From NCBI RefSeq assembly GCF_009834535.1, contig NC_045697.1, positions 92,568,001 through 92,632,000 of the forward strand: a stretch of 64,000 nt of DNA. The letters are read 5' to 3'. How positions within the stretch are numbered: position 1 is the first letter of the stretch; every line of letters starts with the position of its first letter. The stretch comes from Camelus ferus. Its lineage: Eukaryota. Position numbers and translations under genes: made by a program. The notes under the pieces are model-generated. The model worked only from the letters and a program-made list of their open reading frames with translations, did no database searches and was not told the DNA's origin. Below are positions 51,787 through 63,790 of this stretch, piece after piece.

Positions 51787-53120
51787 TCATTTGGTGGCTC
51801 TCTGGCTGCGCTGGAGGCAGATACCACAGCAACAATATAGATACAGGCAAGAGAAAACACAGATTAAAGTAATGATTTCCAAAATGAGTAACTGTTGGTT
51901 TTTTTTTTTTCCACCTAGAGCCCTATGATCTGAAACTGATTTATTAAGTCTCCTAGGCTGGGGGTTGGATCACTCAGGATATTCACTTGTGTCCTGATGT
52001 GATTTATTAAAGATGACACATTAGCAAACTCATCAGGTATGAATACACACATTCTGTTTGGATAACAGCACAGGTGCCTACTTGCGAGACAGTGGTAATG
52101 CCCCAAGTCCATTCTGTTTTGCAGACAGCTTTTCTCTTTAGAGACCTTTCAGTGCTCAGTAAGGACAGGCTTTGTTGACTGTCATTCAAGGCTTGCTAGG
52201 TGAATTATTAAGGCTTTCTCTGTGTGCTATAATGTCCTCCGGGCCAATGAAGGGAATAAAGATGGTGGCCAAATGATCATACCATAGAGAACAGAACATG
52301 TCCACCTGGCCTTGAGGAGAGGAAAGTTGGCAATTTTTGCTACAGTGGGAAAACACAAGGTACAGAGTCGCAATCATGTAGGTGAAGCCACAACTAAAGA
52401 TTTTTTCCACATAACCATTGGGTCCCATTCTGGGCTACCTAATAAATAGCTGGGTGGCAAACCGGTCAGTGTGCCAAACCAGTTGCTATCCTTTTATGTG
52501 ACAGGATGGCTACTCAGTGCCAGTGATACCTATGCAGTATACCTGGTACATTTGGGTAGGTTCTGTTTAGAGTAGCTTTTCTGTTCTCAACACGGGTGCA
52601 TGAGTGCTCAAATGTCTGTAACATGGGATGAGCCGCATGAACCCATCCCACCTCTAAGCATAGCCAGCTATGGTTCTGATGGTATTTTTAGGACCCTTCC
52701 CAGTCAGCAGTTTAATGGACTGCTAATATAGTTTGATTGACAGAAAAAGAATACCTATGCAGAGTATTATTAAAAGTGTGTGCCACAGGACCAGTTTCTG
52801 GGTCAGTATTGGTAATATAAGATGAATTAAGAATTAAGAGTACTAGTCCTAGCTTCCTTAACATACGGCTTTAGTGCCTTCTAATCCCCTCCTCAGAGTG
52901 GTGATACCCACCGTGGCAATCTTGACAAGGAACTAGAGAGGGGCAGCTGCTAGATACCTGATAATTGGGTTGATTTCTTGGGTAGGCATATAAGTGAGCC
53001 CACTGAGAAAGGTATTTCTATCCGGTGCCCATCCTGTGACCAGACACTACAGGAACAGCAGAAGTCTAAGGTCAAAAAGACATACTTGGTAGGAACTTGT
53101 ATGTTAAAGTCTTCCCCTTC
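51787..53120 (-). pseudogene. env: Retroviral env remnant (gamma-type SU/TM), frameshifted
   Basis: AQNGTQWLCG (52406-52435); RWT[C<-R] furin-like site (52296-52307); YDHLATIFIPFIG fusion-peptide region; KAV-QNRMDL immunosuppressive domain (52101-52129); GTCAVIQTEC-CVFIPD CX6CC region (52032-52075); LILEIITLICVFSCLYLYCCCGIC anchor; stop at 51787-51789. 5' boundary approximate. Confidence 0.88.
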
Positions 53121-53689
53121 TGTAAGAATTATACTTCTGACCTATTGCTTAGATGTCAGTGTGGCTGCAGCTTTAGGAATTTGACCTGATTGTGCGTTTC
53201 TTACATGTTGGCCAGGGGAGGCAGCTGGCAGTCATGAGGAGATGGACGTGGCGTAGGATATGACAGACAAGGACTTTCATCTTTTCCCCCTCGTTCAATG
53301 GTACATATTCCATTCCAGGTGTAGTGCATTTCAACCGGTCTGGCTTGCATCAGGACAATGGGATCCCAGGGGCGATTGAGTAGTTCCCTCCCACCTGGGG
53401 TTAAAGTAACTTGTCCATCCCAGTGAGATGTCCCACTGCAAATTCCTGTAGATAATGCCTCTTTCAGGCATTGTGGAGCCTGATGTTCTCAGCAGCATAG
53501 CACATTAATTCATGGTGAAATTTGAGGCAATGGCTGCCTCCCATGTCTTCCATACCCACATGGTGTTAGATATCTCAGCAGGGGTTCCCCATATGGGGCA
53601 ACAGGCCCTACTGGCTGATCATTCAAATATATTAAAGCCTGGGATAGTACTTTAGTCTACTCAGTCAAAGTGATTTTACCTGTTAGTAA

Positions 53690-54240
53690 TTTAATCTGCT
53701 ACTTTAATATTCCATTCTTCCTTTCTACCAACCCTGCTACCTGTGGGTTATAGGCGAGATGGAACCTGCATTCAGTGTCATTTTTTTTTTGGCCCAGTCT
53801 TGCACATTGTTACCCTTAAAATGTGACCCTGATCACTGCCTATTGAATGAGGATATCCGTACATGGTAGTTGTTTTCTCTAATTCCCTAATGGTAACACC
53901 CTCATTTGTGCAGCAACAGAGAAAAGCTTGGATTAGGGCAGATGCAGTGTCCACACAAATAGGGCATATTTAGAATCCTCACTCAGAGGAAGGGGGCCAG
54001 TATGATCATTTTGCTAATTCATCACCAGTTGGGAAGTCTGGTGGACAGCACCGGACTTCTTTGGCAGTTGCCTTTGGTGTTGCTTAGAAAACACATGACA
54101 TGCTGTTATGACATTAAACAAGTAACAGTTTCAAAGGCAGTCTAGCATCTTTCACAGTAAGCCATCCCATTAAGCAGTGCAGTGGCCATTCTTCCTATAC
54201 ACCCAATCATCTGTGTCTACTGTAGAGTCAGTTGGTAGGG
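53690..54240 (-). pseudogene. pol: Retroviral integrase remnant (ERV-L/class III type)
   Basis: DWVYRKNGH...TACHV (HHCC relic); *QNDHTGPLPLSEDSKYAL..CVDT; YGYPHSIGSDQG-HFKGNNVQDWAK; FHLAYNPQVAGLVERKNGILK* (D,D,E); contains stops and frameshifts. Confidence 0.9.
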
Positions 54241-54244
54241 CTTA

Positions 54245-54690
54245 TACCTGGGCTAGGGCATCAGCTTCCTGACTGCCAGGGGGTGTCTGCACCTTATGAG
54301 CTGGGACATGGAAAACAGTGAAGACTACCTTAGCCTCTTACAGGCAAACCCAAAGATCTTTCCACATATCCTGACCCCACAAAGACTTATACATGATCAT
54401 CTATCCCTTGGCTGCCCATGGTCCAAGCCATATGATTACTCCTTTAGGACATCCCAACTATCAGTGCAAAAAGGTAACAGCCAGGAGTAATGAGTGATCA
54501 ATCACCAGCCAAACTGCTCTGAGCTTAGCCCACTGGGTGCTGTGATTCCCTCCTGTGTCCATCTCGATGGCATCAAGGTTAGGCTGAATAGTGACTGCAG
54601 TCCATGTGGGCAGATTGCCCCACCTGACCATCTGTATATCAGGCATCAGAGGAATTGTCCCCATTTCCTCTCTACAGGCTGCAGGGGCCA
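54245..54690 (-). pseudogene. pol: Retroviral RNase H remnant (ERV-L/class III type)
   Basis: HSTQWAKLRAVWLVI (cf. SSQWAELRAV), CTDSWDVLKG, FHVPAH...GSQEADALAQ. Confidence 0.88.
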
Positions 54691-54699
54691 CCATTAGAA

Positions 54700-55100
54700 A
54701 TAGGGGTGGAGCATATTGGCACTCTTAGTTCTCCACTTTATCATCCTGCTCTTCCACCTAGTCTGCCAGTCCTGAAGCTAGCAGAGTAGTGAACACCTAC
54801 ACGGCTTCCTTTACCTCAGCTTTTCTGCTAACTTTCTAACTTGAGTTTAAGCCACTGATTGAGCCTCCGTGTCCAGCTGACCTACCCAGGTACAGGCCAA
54901 CCCCCTGCTTTAGGCATGTATTTCCCATCTTTGCCAGAGTGTGCTGTGTGGTGTTCTTCAACAAACGCATTAAACCTATTGGCATTTTGGGGTGTCCCTG
55001 TACTCATGTGGTGGTCCACAGCTTCTAACATATGGGCCACCCCTCCCCACATAAAGGTCAGTGTTCAACATGGGATTTTCTCCACAGATGCCTCTTTCCC
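54700..55100 (-). pseudogene. Probable N-terminal gag remnant
   Basis: Lies between the PBS and RNase H; fragments such as LWGGVAHMLEA-like and LLASGLAD; no capsid, protease or RT motif seen. Confidence 0.45.
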
Positions 55101-55117
55101 AAGGCCCATTCTTTGGT

Positions 55118-55135
55118 CTCCTGGCTGGCTAGCCA
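55118..55135 (-). other. Primer-binding site complementary to tRNA-Arg(ACG)
   Basis: TGGCTAGCCAGCCAGGAG, 1 nt after the LTR-terminal CA; 17/18 match to TGGCGAGCCAGCCAGGAG. Confidence 0.88.
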
Positions 55136-55136
55136 A

Positions 55137-55581
55137 TGTTCATTCTCAGCCTTGAGAGTTCCCCAGGGTAAATCTGAAACTGGCTCCTATACATGGAGGG
55201 AGAGACTTAAAAAAGAGACAGACAATTCCAGATTGGTAGCTGGCAGTTTCAATTAGCAAGAAAACTTACGTATGAGGCTCATCTTGGGTAACAGCAAGAC
55301 AGGTAGATTTGCACACACACACAGACACACACACACCCCAGAATCCTAAGAGTTTATATAGAATGTTTAGAGTTTATGTAGCCTAAGAGAAGTTAAGTCA
55401 ATATACAGCCTAGATCTCAATAACACATTACTCTTTCAAAGCTGCATCCTTGAAGTATCTCCTAGTATAGGAACAGTTGGTGGAACATTTGTTTCAAGGA
55501 TATGGTAAGGAGCCTCTGATCGCCCAGGTCTGTCACACCGGCCAACAGGTGGTCACGTTCTATTAGTGACCTCCTTCAACA
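55137..55581 (-). repeat. 5' LTR of the provirus
   Basis: TG...CA ends (minus strand TGTTGAAGGAGGTCAC...GAATGAACA), TATATAAA at 55353-55360 (minus), adjacent PBS, internal (CA)n at ~55312-55336. Confidence 0.87.
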
Positions 55582-55983
55582 CACAAGAATGGGAGACAGT
55601 CAGACATCTCTTTTTGCAGTTAGATTATGTGTGGAGACATCTGATTCATTTTTTCCTCAGTGATACAAGATATCCCAGTGTTTTCTTTTGGTTTTGTGGC
55701 TGTGAGAGGCATAGCATGGATTATTTACTTTGCTACCATTGATCAAGCCTTAGACAGTATGACCTTGAATTAGCAGCTGAGGCAGTGATTTTGATTTCCC
55801 AAATTTTAGATGATGACAGAGACACCACATTCCTGGTGTAAAAGTTTTGCAGTGCTGTTTTAATGATATTTCTTGGGAGACTGATCCACCTTTCAACAAC
55901 TGTAAATACTTTTCAGTAAATACATTTTCTGTTTAAATTAGCTAGAGCTATTTCTGTTATGGGCAAGGACATGCTGTGTGACA
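55582..55983 (+). mobile_element. ERVL LTR33-like element, right part
   Basis: agttttgcagtgctgttttaatgatatttcttgg...aaatacattttctgtttaaattagctagagctatttctgtt...tgaca. Confidence 0.55.
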
Positions 55984-56025
55984 TGCATAAAACAAACAAG
56001 TTTTTATTTTCAATTCATTCTAGAC

Positions 56026-56240
56026 CAGTGATTTTCAATTGTGGATGGTTTTGTTTCCCCAAAAGACATTTGGCAGTGTGAGGAGACATATTTGAGTTGT
56101 CACAACTGGGAAATCTGCTAATGGATAGAGGTCAGGGATGTGGCAAAACCTGTATGGTACTCAGGACAGAGCCACTACCACTATCTGCAGGTGAATTATA
56201 TGGCCCAAAACATCAATAGTACCAAGACTGATAAATCCTA
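56026..56240 (+). mobile_element. hAT-Charlie MITE (MER20-like)
   Basis: cagtgattttcaatt...gacatttggcagtgtgaggagacatatttgagttgtcacaactggg...gaggtcagggatg...ggcccaaaacatcaatagt. Confidence 0.85.
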
Positions 56241-56799
56241 AGTTACATAAAGTTCTATGATTTTGACAGTAAGGGTGAAAAGAAGAGTGGTATACAAGAA
56301 ATATGTCAGAACTAAAAATGATGATGCAATTAACATGAAGTCTGTATACCAAGCAGAACATTTTTGGAAAGGGTATAATGAATTAAATCAGGATGCACTT
56401 AATGCTTTATGTTTAATTAATAAAACAATTGCATATACAGGGCTTTGAATGTGTCACACACTTGTCTAAGTACATTATAATTATTAACTTCTTTAGTTCT
56501 TACAATAACTCTATGGGGTTGTTAACATTATTTTCCACAAATAAGTTAACTCTATATGAAGCCACCCCAAAATATCAGTGGTTTTATACAGTTGAGATTT
56601 ATTTTTCACTTATGTCAGGGTCCAATGTGAGTTAGCAGAATCCAGGTTAATTTTACCATTTGGCTTCTCTGTCCCTGTTAGAGAAAATGTTATCTCCAGT
56701 GTGCCCTATTTTGATTCTTTAGCCAAAGAATCATACACATATTAAAAATAGTTATTTTATTCCACTGAGTTTATGTGGTTTGTTTATAATAGACCACTG

Positions 56800-57810
56800 A
56801 AATGCTTATTCCAGGACTACAAGATTGCCTTAGCATTCAAAATTAATCAATGTAATTTATCATATTAACAAACTAGAGAATAAGTAGTGTATAATCATCT
56901 CAACTGATGCAGAAAACACTTTGAAAATATTCAACATACATTCATGGAAAAAACATTCAGAAAACTAGGACTAGAGATACATTTCTAAATTGCATCTAAA
57001 TAGAAATAAATTTCATAAATAGTATTTGTGAAAATTCCACAGTTACCATCATACTCAAAGGTGAAATGCTGAATACATTTTCATATATAATCAGGAAAAA
57101 TGCAAGAATGTGTGTTTCCATCATTTCTATCCAATTATTTACTGGAGGAGCTAGCTGGTGCAATAGAGCAAGAAAAGTAATAAAGATTGAAAAAGGAGAA
57201 ATAAAACCTATTTGCAGATGTTGCGTTTGCACACATATAACTGTACACAAGATACAAAAGAGCTACCAGGTTTTATAAGCCTATGTAGAAGGACATTAAA
57301 AAAAAATGATTGAGTTTCTATGTACTTATATTTCTACATATTTTTAAATTTAGAAAGCAATTTAAAAATAAGATTTTAAATATTTATACTGTTTACAAAA
57401 GTGCAAAACCATGCATGAACTTCTCCCTGAATACTGCAACATTTGGTGGGGGAGAAATTAAAGGAGACCTATTAAATGAAAAGCTATACTGTGTCCTTAT
57501 ATCAAAAGATTCAATAGTATTATGTAAATATTGCCCCAATAAATCTGTGCAATAAAAAATACATAAAAATCTCCTCATTTTATTAGCTGATGCTAAAATT
57601 CATATGGAATTGCAAAAAAAAAAAACCCAAAATACTCAAAATAATTTGGAAAAAGAACAAATATGAGGACTTAGACTACCAGAGTTCCATTTAATATGAA
57701 GCTACTTTAATCAATGTGGTGTGTGATTGGTGTAAGGACAGAAATAAGTTTTACTGGAACAAAATAGATAGTTTAAAAGTAGATGCACACATATATTGTA
57801 ATTCAGTGGT
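56800..57810 (+). mobile_element. Old LINE-1 ORF2 (RT-region) fragment
   Basis: ataatcatctcaactgatgcagaaaacactttgaaaatattcaacat (IISIDAEKAFDKIQH-like), ctatttgcagatg (LFADD-like), ctaaaattcatatggaa. Confidence 0.85.
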
Positions 57811-60189
57811 GAAATACACATTTTAAAACCCAAAATTCTGTCTAAAATTCTCAGAAATCATACCTAGAAAACATATTCCCTAACTCTATTTTTATTTAAT
57901 TACTACCTTTTGTCTCATTACCCGTTAATGAAGCTTTCTGGTCTCCACACTCACCTCCACATGTCAAATTACAGATCCAAATGGAAAAAATATATAATCT
58001 AGATTTAATTATGTGGCTCTCCATTTAATTAGTTGAATTCCAACTTTCTGAATCTTTGATTTATCCAAATCTTAAATATCCAATCTTAAATATCTTTGAA
58101 GTGTCTTTTACAGAGAACCCCCAAAATGTCCTTGCATCTCTATCTAGTATATATAATTTACCTGTCAGGCAAGCAGCATACATTAAATGAGGCAAATATT
58201 GTATTGGCTGGAATTTTTGAAGGGAGAAGTTTACTCATTGTAGGTTTTTACCAATGCATGAAGACAGTGTTCTAGATTAGTTATATAAAATTTTGAAACT
58301 TTTTTTATCTTTGAAATATCATTTTCTCTTTATTTGTGATCGATCACTGATATGTTGTTATTTTAAATGTGCGTTCAGTCTGCCTATCCTATGATTTAGT
58401 TTTATTGCATCTGAAAGACAAACTAAACTCAAAAGTCCTTTAAACATAATCATTAACATTTTGATAATTTAACTTAGCAATGGATTCTACTCAGAACAAA
58501 AATGATAAAATCATAATAATTTGTATTGGAATAAATAAGGAAATTCTTCAGTGAAAGAAAGTTGAGAAAACAGCATTTTTGAGAGGTAGGTATGTTTTGT
58601 AATGCTAGGGAATAGTAAGAATAATGACTGAGCATTCTGATTGGCCAAGATAGTTGTTTTGTTACATAATTAAAACATCGTTAGTATAATAGAACATTTC
58701 AAAAAGCAACAGTCTCTGCTTACAAAACTACTGCCAATGTGATACAAAAGCACTTACTGAAAATAAGTATGCTAAGATTAAGATAATTTTCAAAACATGG
58801 GATAATGTTCTCATAGATAAACTTCATTTTTATAATGAAAGAATGTTATATCACAAGATAATATGATCCTGTATGAAGCAGGTGGTTAAAGAACAAATAA
58901 ATTACTGGCAGAGTTCTAATTATAATACATGTTTAGTCTTTCATGATAAACAACAGATGTGTGTTTATGAAAATACATTATAGTAGAATCAGGTCAATAG
59001 AGTTTAAATGAAAAAGGCTTAATTTATTTGTACTCCCATTTGAATTTAAGGGGATGGCCTATTTAAAAGGGCCACCATTAAATGTAACATGAGTTCAAAG
59101 GAGATTTATTTAAATGAACCAATGAATACCTTTTTCATTAATTGTCTAGATAGAAAGGAAGATAATTTCAGAGTGCGAATAGGGGAGAAAATAACAAATC
59201 AAAACATACTACAGCAGATTAAAAAAAGAGAATATTCTAAAATAATGGAACACTAAATCAAATCACCTTATTTATTTTCTAAATATTGATAGTATATTGA
59301 AGTCTTTCACTATTTAACTTTCTAACATTTAGTGATGTTAAATTTATTTTGTATCATCAATTATCTGAATTTTAATCTTTTGATAAAGGAGGAAAATAGC
59401 ATTTATTTTTAAGTGCAAAGAAAATAACCAAAATAATTTGAGCGTTGAAATGTATGTAAGTTGGAAAAATTAAAACGATGAATTTGGAGTTCAGAGAAGG
59501 GTAACAGATCCACTTTTGCCATTTATTAGCTGTGGAACAGAGCAGTACTTTAAATAGCTGTGTTTTTAAAAGCTAACTAGGTATACTTTCAAACCCTATA
59601 ATGTGCCATGAAAAGGAAGCAATGTTTTAAAGTCATCTTAGGCCTTATTTCATTCTTCGTTCTTCTGTATTATTTATATACTATTAATATGTCTTAAGGA
59701 ATCACATTGATGCTATCAAAATATATAGTATTATTTAATGTATTGAATTGCTCAATTACTAAAAGTTAATTAAGGTCATATTTTTACATGTAATTTTAAT
59801 TTTTCTATCTCCATTTTTCTGTGTGGTATTTTCTATACATTATTTAGTTCTTTCCTTTTATTTGAATTAATCTATCACACTTTTACAATTTAGTACTGAC
59901 AGTTCAAAGAAAGAATATTTGCTATAGTCTTCTCTCTAATAATATATAACATAAATAGAGATATTTGGTGTTTGCACATGTAAAATAGCAATTATAATGA
60001 AGACAATGTTTGTTGAAGCCACATGTAGTCACTTTAGAAGTTTAAAAACCATTAAAAACACATTTGAAGGGAATTCTTATGCAGAGGTTCACAAAAGATA
60101 TAGGATTTAATCTACATCTTCCTTTCCAATCATCTGTTGCTGTATAACACACCACAGAAAGTTTTGGTGGATTAAAAAACAACCATTTC

Positions 60190-61363
60190 ATACTACCCAA
60201 AGCAATCCACAATGCTACCCAAAACAATCTACAGATTTAATGTGATCCCTATCAAATTACCCAGGACATTTTTCACAGAACTAGAACAAATAATCCTACA
60301 TTTTTTTTATGGAATCACTAAAGACCCAGAATTAACAAAGCAATACTGAGGAAAAAGAACAAATTTGGAAGCATAACTCTCCCAGACTTCAGACAATGCT
60401 ACAGAGCTACAGTAATCAAAAAAGTGTGATATTGGCAAAAAACAGACATATGGATCAATGGAACAGAATAGAGAGTCCAGAAATAAACCCATACACCTAT
60501 GGTCAATTAATCTTTGACCAAGGAGACAAGAATATACAATGGAGAAAAGACAGTCTCTTCAGCAAGTGGTATTGTGAAAACTGGACAGCCACATGTAAAT
60601 CAATGATGCTAGAACACTCTCTCACATTGTACACAAAAGTAAACTCAAAGTGGCTTCAAGGCCTTTAAGACAGGACACCATAAACCTTGTAGAAGGGAAC
60701 ATAGGCAAACATTTTCTAACATAAGTCATAGCAGTGTTTTCCTAGGTCAGTCTCCCAAAGCAATAGAAATAAAGGCAAAAATAAACAAATGGGACCTAAT
60801 TAAACTTACAGGCTTTTGCACAACAAAGGAAACCATAAACAAGATGAAAAGACAACCTATGGACTAGGAGAAAATATTTGCAAATGATGAGACTGAGAAG
60901 GGCTTAATTTCCAGAATATATGAGCAGCTCATTAAAACTCAGTAACAAAAAACTAAACAACCCAACCGAAAAATGGGCAGAAGACCTAAACAGACATTTC
61001 TTCAGTGAAGACATATGATGACCTGTGAGCGCACAAAAAGGCGGTCAGTATCACTAATTATCAGAGAAATGCAAATCAAAAGTACAGTGAAGTATCACCT
61101 CACACTGGTCAGAATGGCCATCATTAAAAAGTCCACAAAAGATAAATGTCGGAGAGTGTATAGAGAAAAGGGGACCCTCCTACACTGTTGGTGGGAATGT
61201 AGTTTGGTGCAACCACTATGGAAAACAGTATGGAGATTCCTTTAAAAAACTAAAAATAGAGTTACCATATGATCCAGCAGTCTTACTCCAGGGCATACAT
61301 CTGGAGGAAGCTCTAATTTGAAAAGATACATGCACCCAATGTACTATATACAATATATATATG

Positions 61364-61424
<61 letters not shown>

Positions 61425-61900
61425 ACACACACACACACACACATACACACATACATACATGGAAGCAGCCTAAATGTCCGTCGACAGATGATTGGATAAA
61501 GAAGATGTGGTATATGTATATACCACATTATATATAATGGAATAGTACTCAGCCATAGAAAGAATGAAATAATGCCATTTTCAGCAGCATGGATGGATGG
61601 TTTTAGAGATTATCATACTAAGTGAATTAGCTTAGACAGAGAAAGACAGATATCATAATGATATCACTTATATGTGGAATCTTAAAAATTGAGACAAATG
61701 AACTTATTTACAAAACAGAAACAGACTCAGACACAAAAAACAAACTCATGGTTACCAGAGGGGAAAGGAGGTGGGGAAGGATAAATTGGGAGTTTGGGAT
61801 TTGCATATTCTAACTGCTATATATAAAATAGATAACAGCAAGGTTCTACTGTATAACACAGGGATATATTCAATATTTTGTAATAATCTATAATTTAAAA
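60190..61900 (+). mobile_element. LINE-1 3' ~1.7 kb (ORF2 end plus UTR), disrupted
   Basis: [53 protein letters not shown]; frameshifts; cetartiodactyl-style 3' UTR. Confidence 0.93.
61343..61459. repeat. (TA)n/(CA)n microsatellite inside L1 ORF2
   Basis: Long CA run with a few TA interruptions. Confidence 0.95.
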
Positions 61901-62330
61901 ATTTATGATATTCATAGACTCTGTGAAGCAAGAATTCAGATAAGCACAGTGGAGATGCCTTGTCTCTTTTCGTCCCTGTATGATTTATGAGGCCGCAGCC
62001 TGGAACACTCAAATGTCCAGAGAGTAGATCATCTAGGGGCTTCTTCAGTAATACGTTGGTTGCGTGGCCTTAGATGCCTCACAGTCAGGGCTCATTTGGA
62101 ACTGCCATCCAGAGAGCCTTGGCTTCTCCATTTCACTTGAGCTTCTCTGTGTAGTGACTGGTTTCTGAGAGGGCAGTCCTGAATGGAAGTGTCAGCAAAG
62201 CCAACTTTCCAAGAGACCAAGGGAGAAGCTGCAGGGCCTTTTATGGCCTAGTATCCAAAGTCCCATAGCATCACTTCTGCTGTCTTCTGTTGGTCAAAGC
62301 AGACACAAGTCAATCCAGATTCAAGTTAAG
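61900..62330 (-). mobile_element. MaLR (MLT1) LTR; its other part lies at ~60125-60190, split by the L1
   Basis: tgttgctgtataacacaccacagaaagttttggtggattaaaaaacaaccattt before the L1; gactctgtgaagcaagaattcag...catcacttctgctgtcttctgttggtcaaagc...ccagattcaag after it. Confidence 0.7.
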
Positions 62331-62349
62331 GGGATCTTAAGTCAGAAAG

Positions 62350-63463
62350 TGTAGAAGGTCTGAGATGTTATCCACCTGTTATATAAATGAGCCAAAGATG
62401 ATCCCTGCATGTTGGCCCTAGGCTTACTTCACAGCAGGCTGGGACCCAATTTGCTCAAAAGCCTGCAGGTGTCAAACTCAAATTTTTATAATCCAGTTGT
62501 TTTAAATATAGTCCAAGTAAGCAGATATTTTAACCATTTTGAAATTGACTACTTTGAATACACCATGAAACTGTGCTTAGAATCTGCTAACCATAGATAA
62601 GATAAACCCAGGGGTTATGAATGACCCCAGGCTACTGCTGCCCTTCAGAATTCTCTGACCCAGAGACTCCCCATTATGTTGTTAATTGACAGCATGTAGT
62701 CAGGTGAACCCCTTCTCTGATTGTCTACCCTGCTGGAAGTTCCATTGCCTTCCCAATTTTCTGGGTATGGTACTATGGCCTCTAGAAGGTCTCATGCAAG
62801 ACCCATTCCCTTCCCTCTACCTCCCCACTCCCCAGCACCACCTCCCTACACACAACACACCCATGCAAACCTGTCATACCACCACCCAAATAAAGCTTGT
62901 TGTATGCTACTGCCACATCACGGTCATATGTTTTTCCTTGATCAGCACCCAGACCCCTCAAACTCACTACGTTTGTATGCAAACAAACAAGCCTTCCACA
63001 GTGTGGGTGTGTTGGCAGGAGACACAAGCATTTCTGGATCAGAGAAACAGACAGCTGATTACTCATAGCAAAATGCAGCAGCCAGAGCCCCAGTCCCCAC
63101 AGAGCAATATGATGAGAGCCAAACATTATCTGTGCATGAAGTGGATTTGTGTCCCAAGGGAGAAAACCCCAAAACTGAGATTCAGCGATTACATAGGTTG
63201 CTGGTACACCTACCCATCTTCTTTCCAGAAATCTCTTTTGTAGGGGAAGATAGGGAATGGGGTTCATTAGCCTGGGATATAAGCAAATGTCTCCTGGAAG
63301 GAGAAAGAAAGGGGATTAAGACTCTTATCCCCTCAGAAGGTTCCTGTTTTTAGAGACTCTACAGCTTTCTAGTTTGTTACGCAAACATCCTTTCAGTGTA
63401 CATTGCTTACATGACCTGGACCATACAGAAATATGAGACTATTTAGGGGAGACTGTCTCCCAA
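62350..63463 (-). mobile_element. ERVL-type LTR (MER77-like, tentative), interrupted by another LTR
   Basis: tgtagaaggtctgagatgttatccac + ...aacaagccttccacag...ggcaggagacacaag...gattactcatagcaa...gagactgtctcccaa. Confidence 0.6.
62377..62970 (+). mobile_element. Solo LTR nested in the MER77-like LTR (ERVL, MER74-group-like, tentative)
   Basis: TG start (tgttatataaatgagcc), AATAAA near 62889, U5-like tttttccttgatcagc...aactcactac. Confidence 0.6.
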
Positions 63464-63479
63464 GAAGGTAGAGGCCCAC

Positions 63480-63790
63480 CTCTTGAGAAGGGAACCCAGC
63501 AGCGATGGCTTGTCTCTGTTCCATGTGTCTAAGGCCTTGGCTAGGAAGACACAAAGGGCTTGGGATGAAGAGGGAGCTTCCCAATAGGGAACTCGCCGCA
63601 AGCGAAGATTTCAAGAGAACCAGACGGAAGCCCAAGACTTTTCATGACCAACCTTGGAAATCGCATGGAATCACTTCTGCAAGTGGTGGACACAATCACA
63701 CGGCTGACTGATACACTATAGGAGGGGACATGAAGCTTACTTGCCAAGGGAGGGATGCCAAAAGACCAGGGCTACCTTTTAAACTGCCAC
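63480..63790 (-). mobile_element. MaLR (MLT1) LTR fragment
   Basis: caagagaaccagacggaagcccaagacttttcatgaccaaccttggaaatcgcatggaatcacttctgc...actgccaca. Confidence 0.55.

Larger units (their letters stand above)
51322..55581 (-). mobile_element. Decayed endogenous retrovirus: LTR-PBS(Arg)-gag remnant-[deletion]-RNase H-integrase-env-PPT-LTR
   Basis: Two homologous LTRs, PBS, PPT, ERV-L-type pol motifs and gamma-type env TM motifs, all on the minus strand in canonical order. Confidence 0.92.

Noticed and set aside
62686..63267. Long ORFs of 185 aa (+) and 161 aa (-)
   Set aside because: They span LTR relics, have no recognisable domain and overlap each other antisense
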